Shown: piece after piece, positions 42,543 through 42,545 of the stretch
Position numbering within the stretch: position 1 is the stretch's first letter
Layout: the number at the start of each line of letters is the position of its first letter
Virus genome (UHGV): UHGV-0212520
DNA: 42,545 bases
From: a virus
Reading direction: 5' to 3' (one strand)
Position numbers and translations under genes: made by a program
Notes under the pieces: generated by a model
Database searches by the model: none
The model's input: the letters and a program-made list of their open reading frames with translations, nothing else
What the model was told of the DNA's origin: nothing

Positions 42543-42545
42543 AAA

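Noticed and set aside
1-42545. Lysogeny module (integrase, CI repressor, att site) or transposase/IS element
   Set aside because: No tyrosine/serine recombinase, transposase or inverted-repeat-bounded element was recognised in any frame; the only HTH proteins are small Cro/AlpA-like.

Overview
The window reads as a complete or near-complete ~42.5 kb genome of a tailed dsDNA phage (siphovirus-like, with enterobacterial-type sigma70 promoters and Shine-Dalgarno sites). Everything here is from reading the sequence and ORF track by eye; no database search or folding was run, so product names are motif- and synteny-based inferences. Layout: (1) a minus-strand early/replication block at 13-7046 (DUF2815-like SSB, Cas4-like exonuclease, primase-helicase, small HTH proteins); (2) a ~0.5 kb non-coding hub at 7047-7553 with divergent promoters; (3) a plus-strand block of ~25 small genes at 7554-14070 that includes an HslV-like Ntn hydrolase and a holin/endolysin cassette; (4) plus-strand packaging, head and tail genes at 14290-37527 (terminase, portal, capsid, tape measure, gpJ-like fibre, beta-helix tailspike), with Rz/Rz1 spanins displaced into the head module; (5) a second minus-strand replication block at 37558-42498 (SNF2-like helicase, HNH-AP2 endonuclease, VRR-NUC, family A DNA polymerase). 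The most interesting candidate is a four-gene minus-strand moron operon at 26364-28205, inserted between the major tail and tail-chaperone genes, encoding a T4 Imm-like superinfection-immunity protein, an HTH-metallophosphoesterase fusion and two small unknown proteins. Other notable items: two families of promoters with conserved spacers, a promoter-to-terminator unit with no convincing ORF (candidate sRNA) at 19689-19922, a shared C-terminal EEDLE tail on three replication proteins, a 3x 12-bp tandem repeat, and a probable -1 frameshift in the tail chaperone. No tRNA, CRISPR array, integrase or transposase was found. Manually derived coordinates may be off by 1-2 nt.
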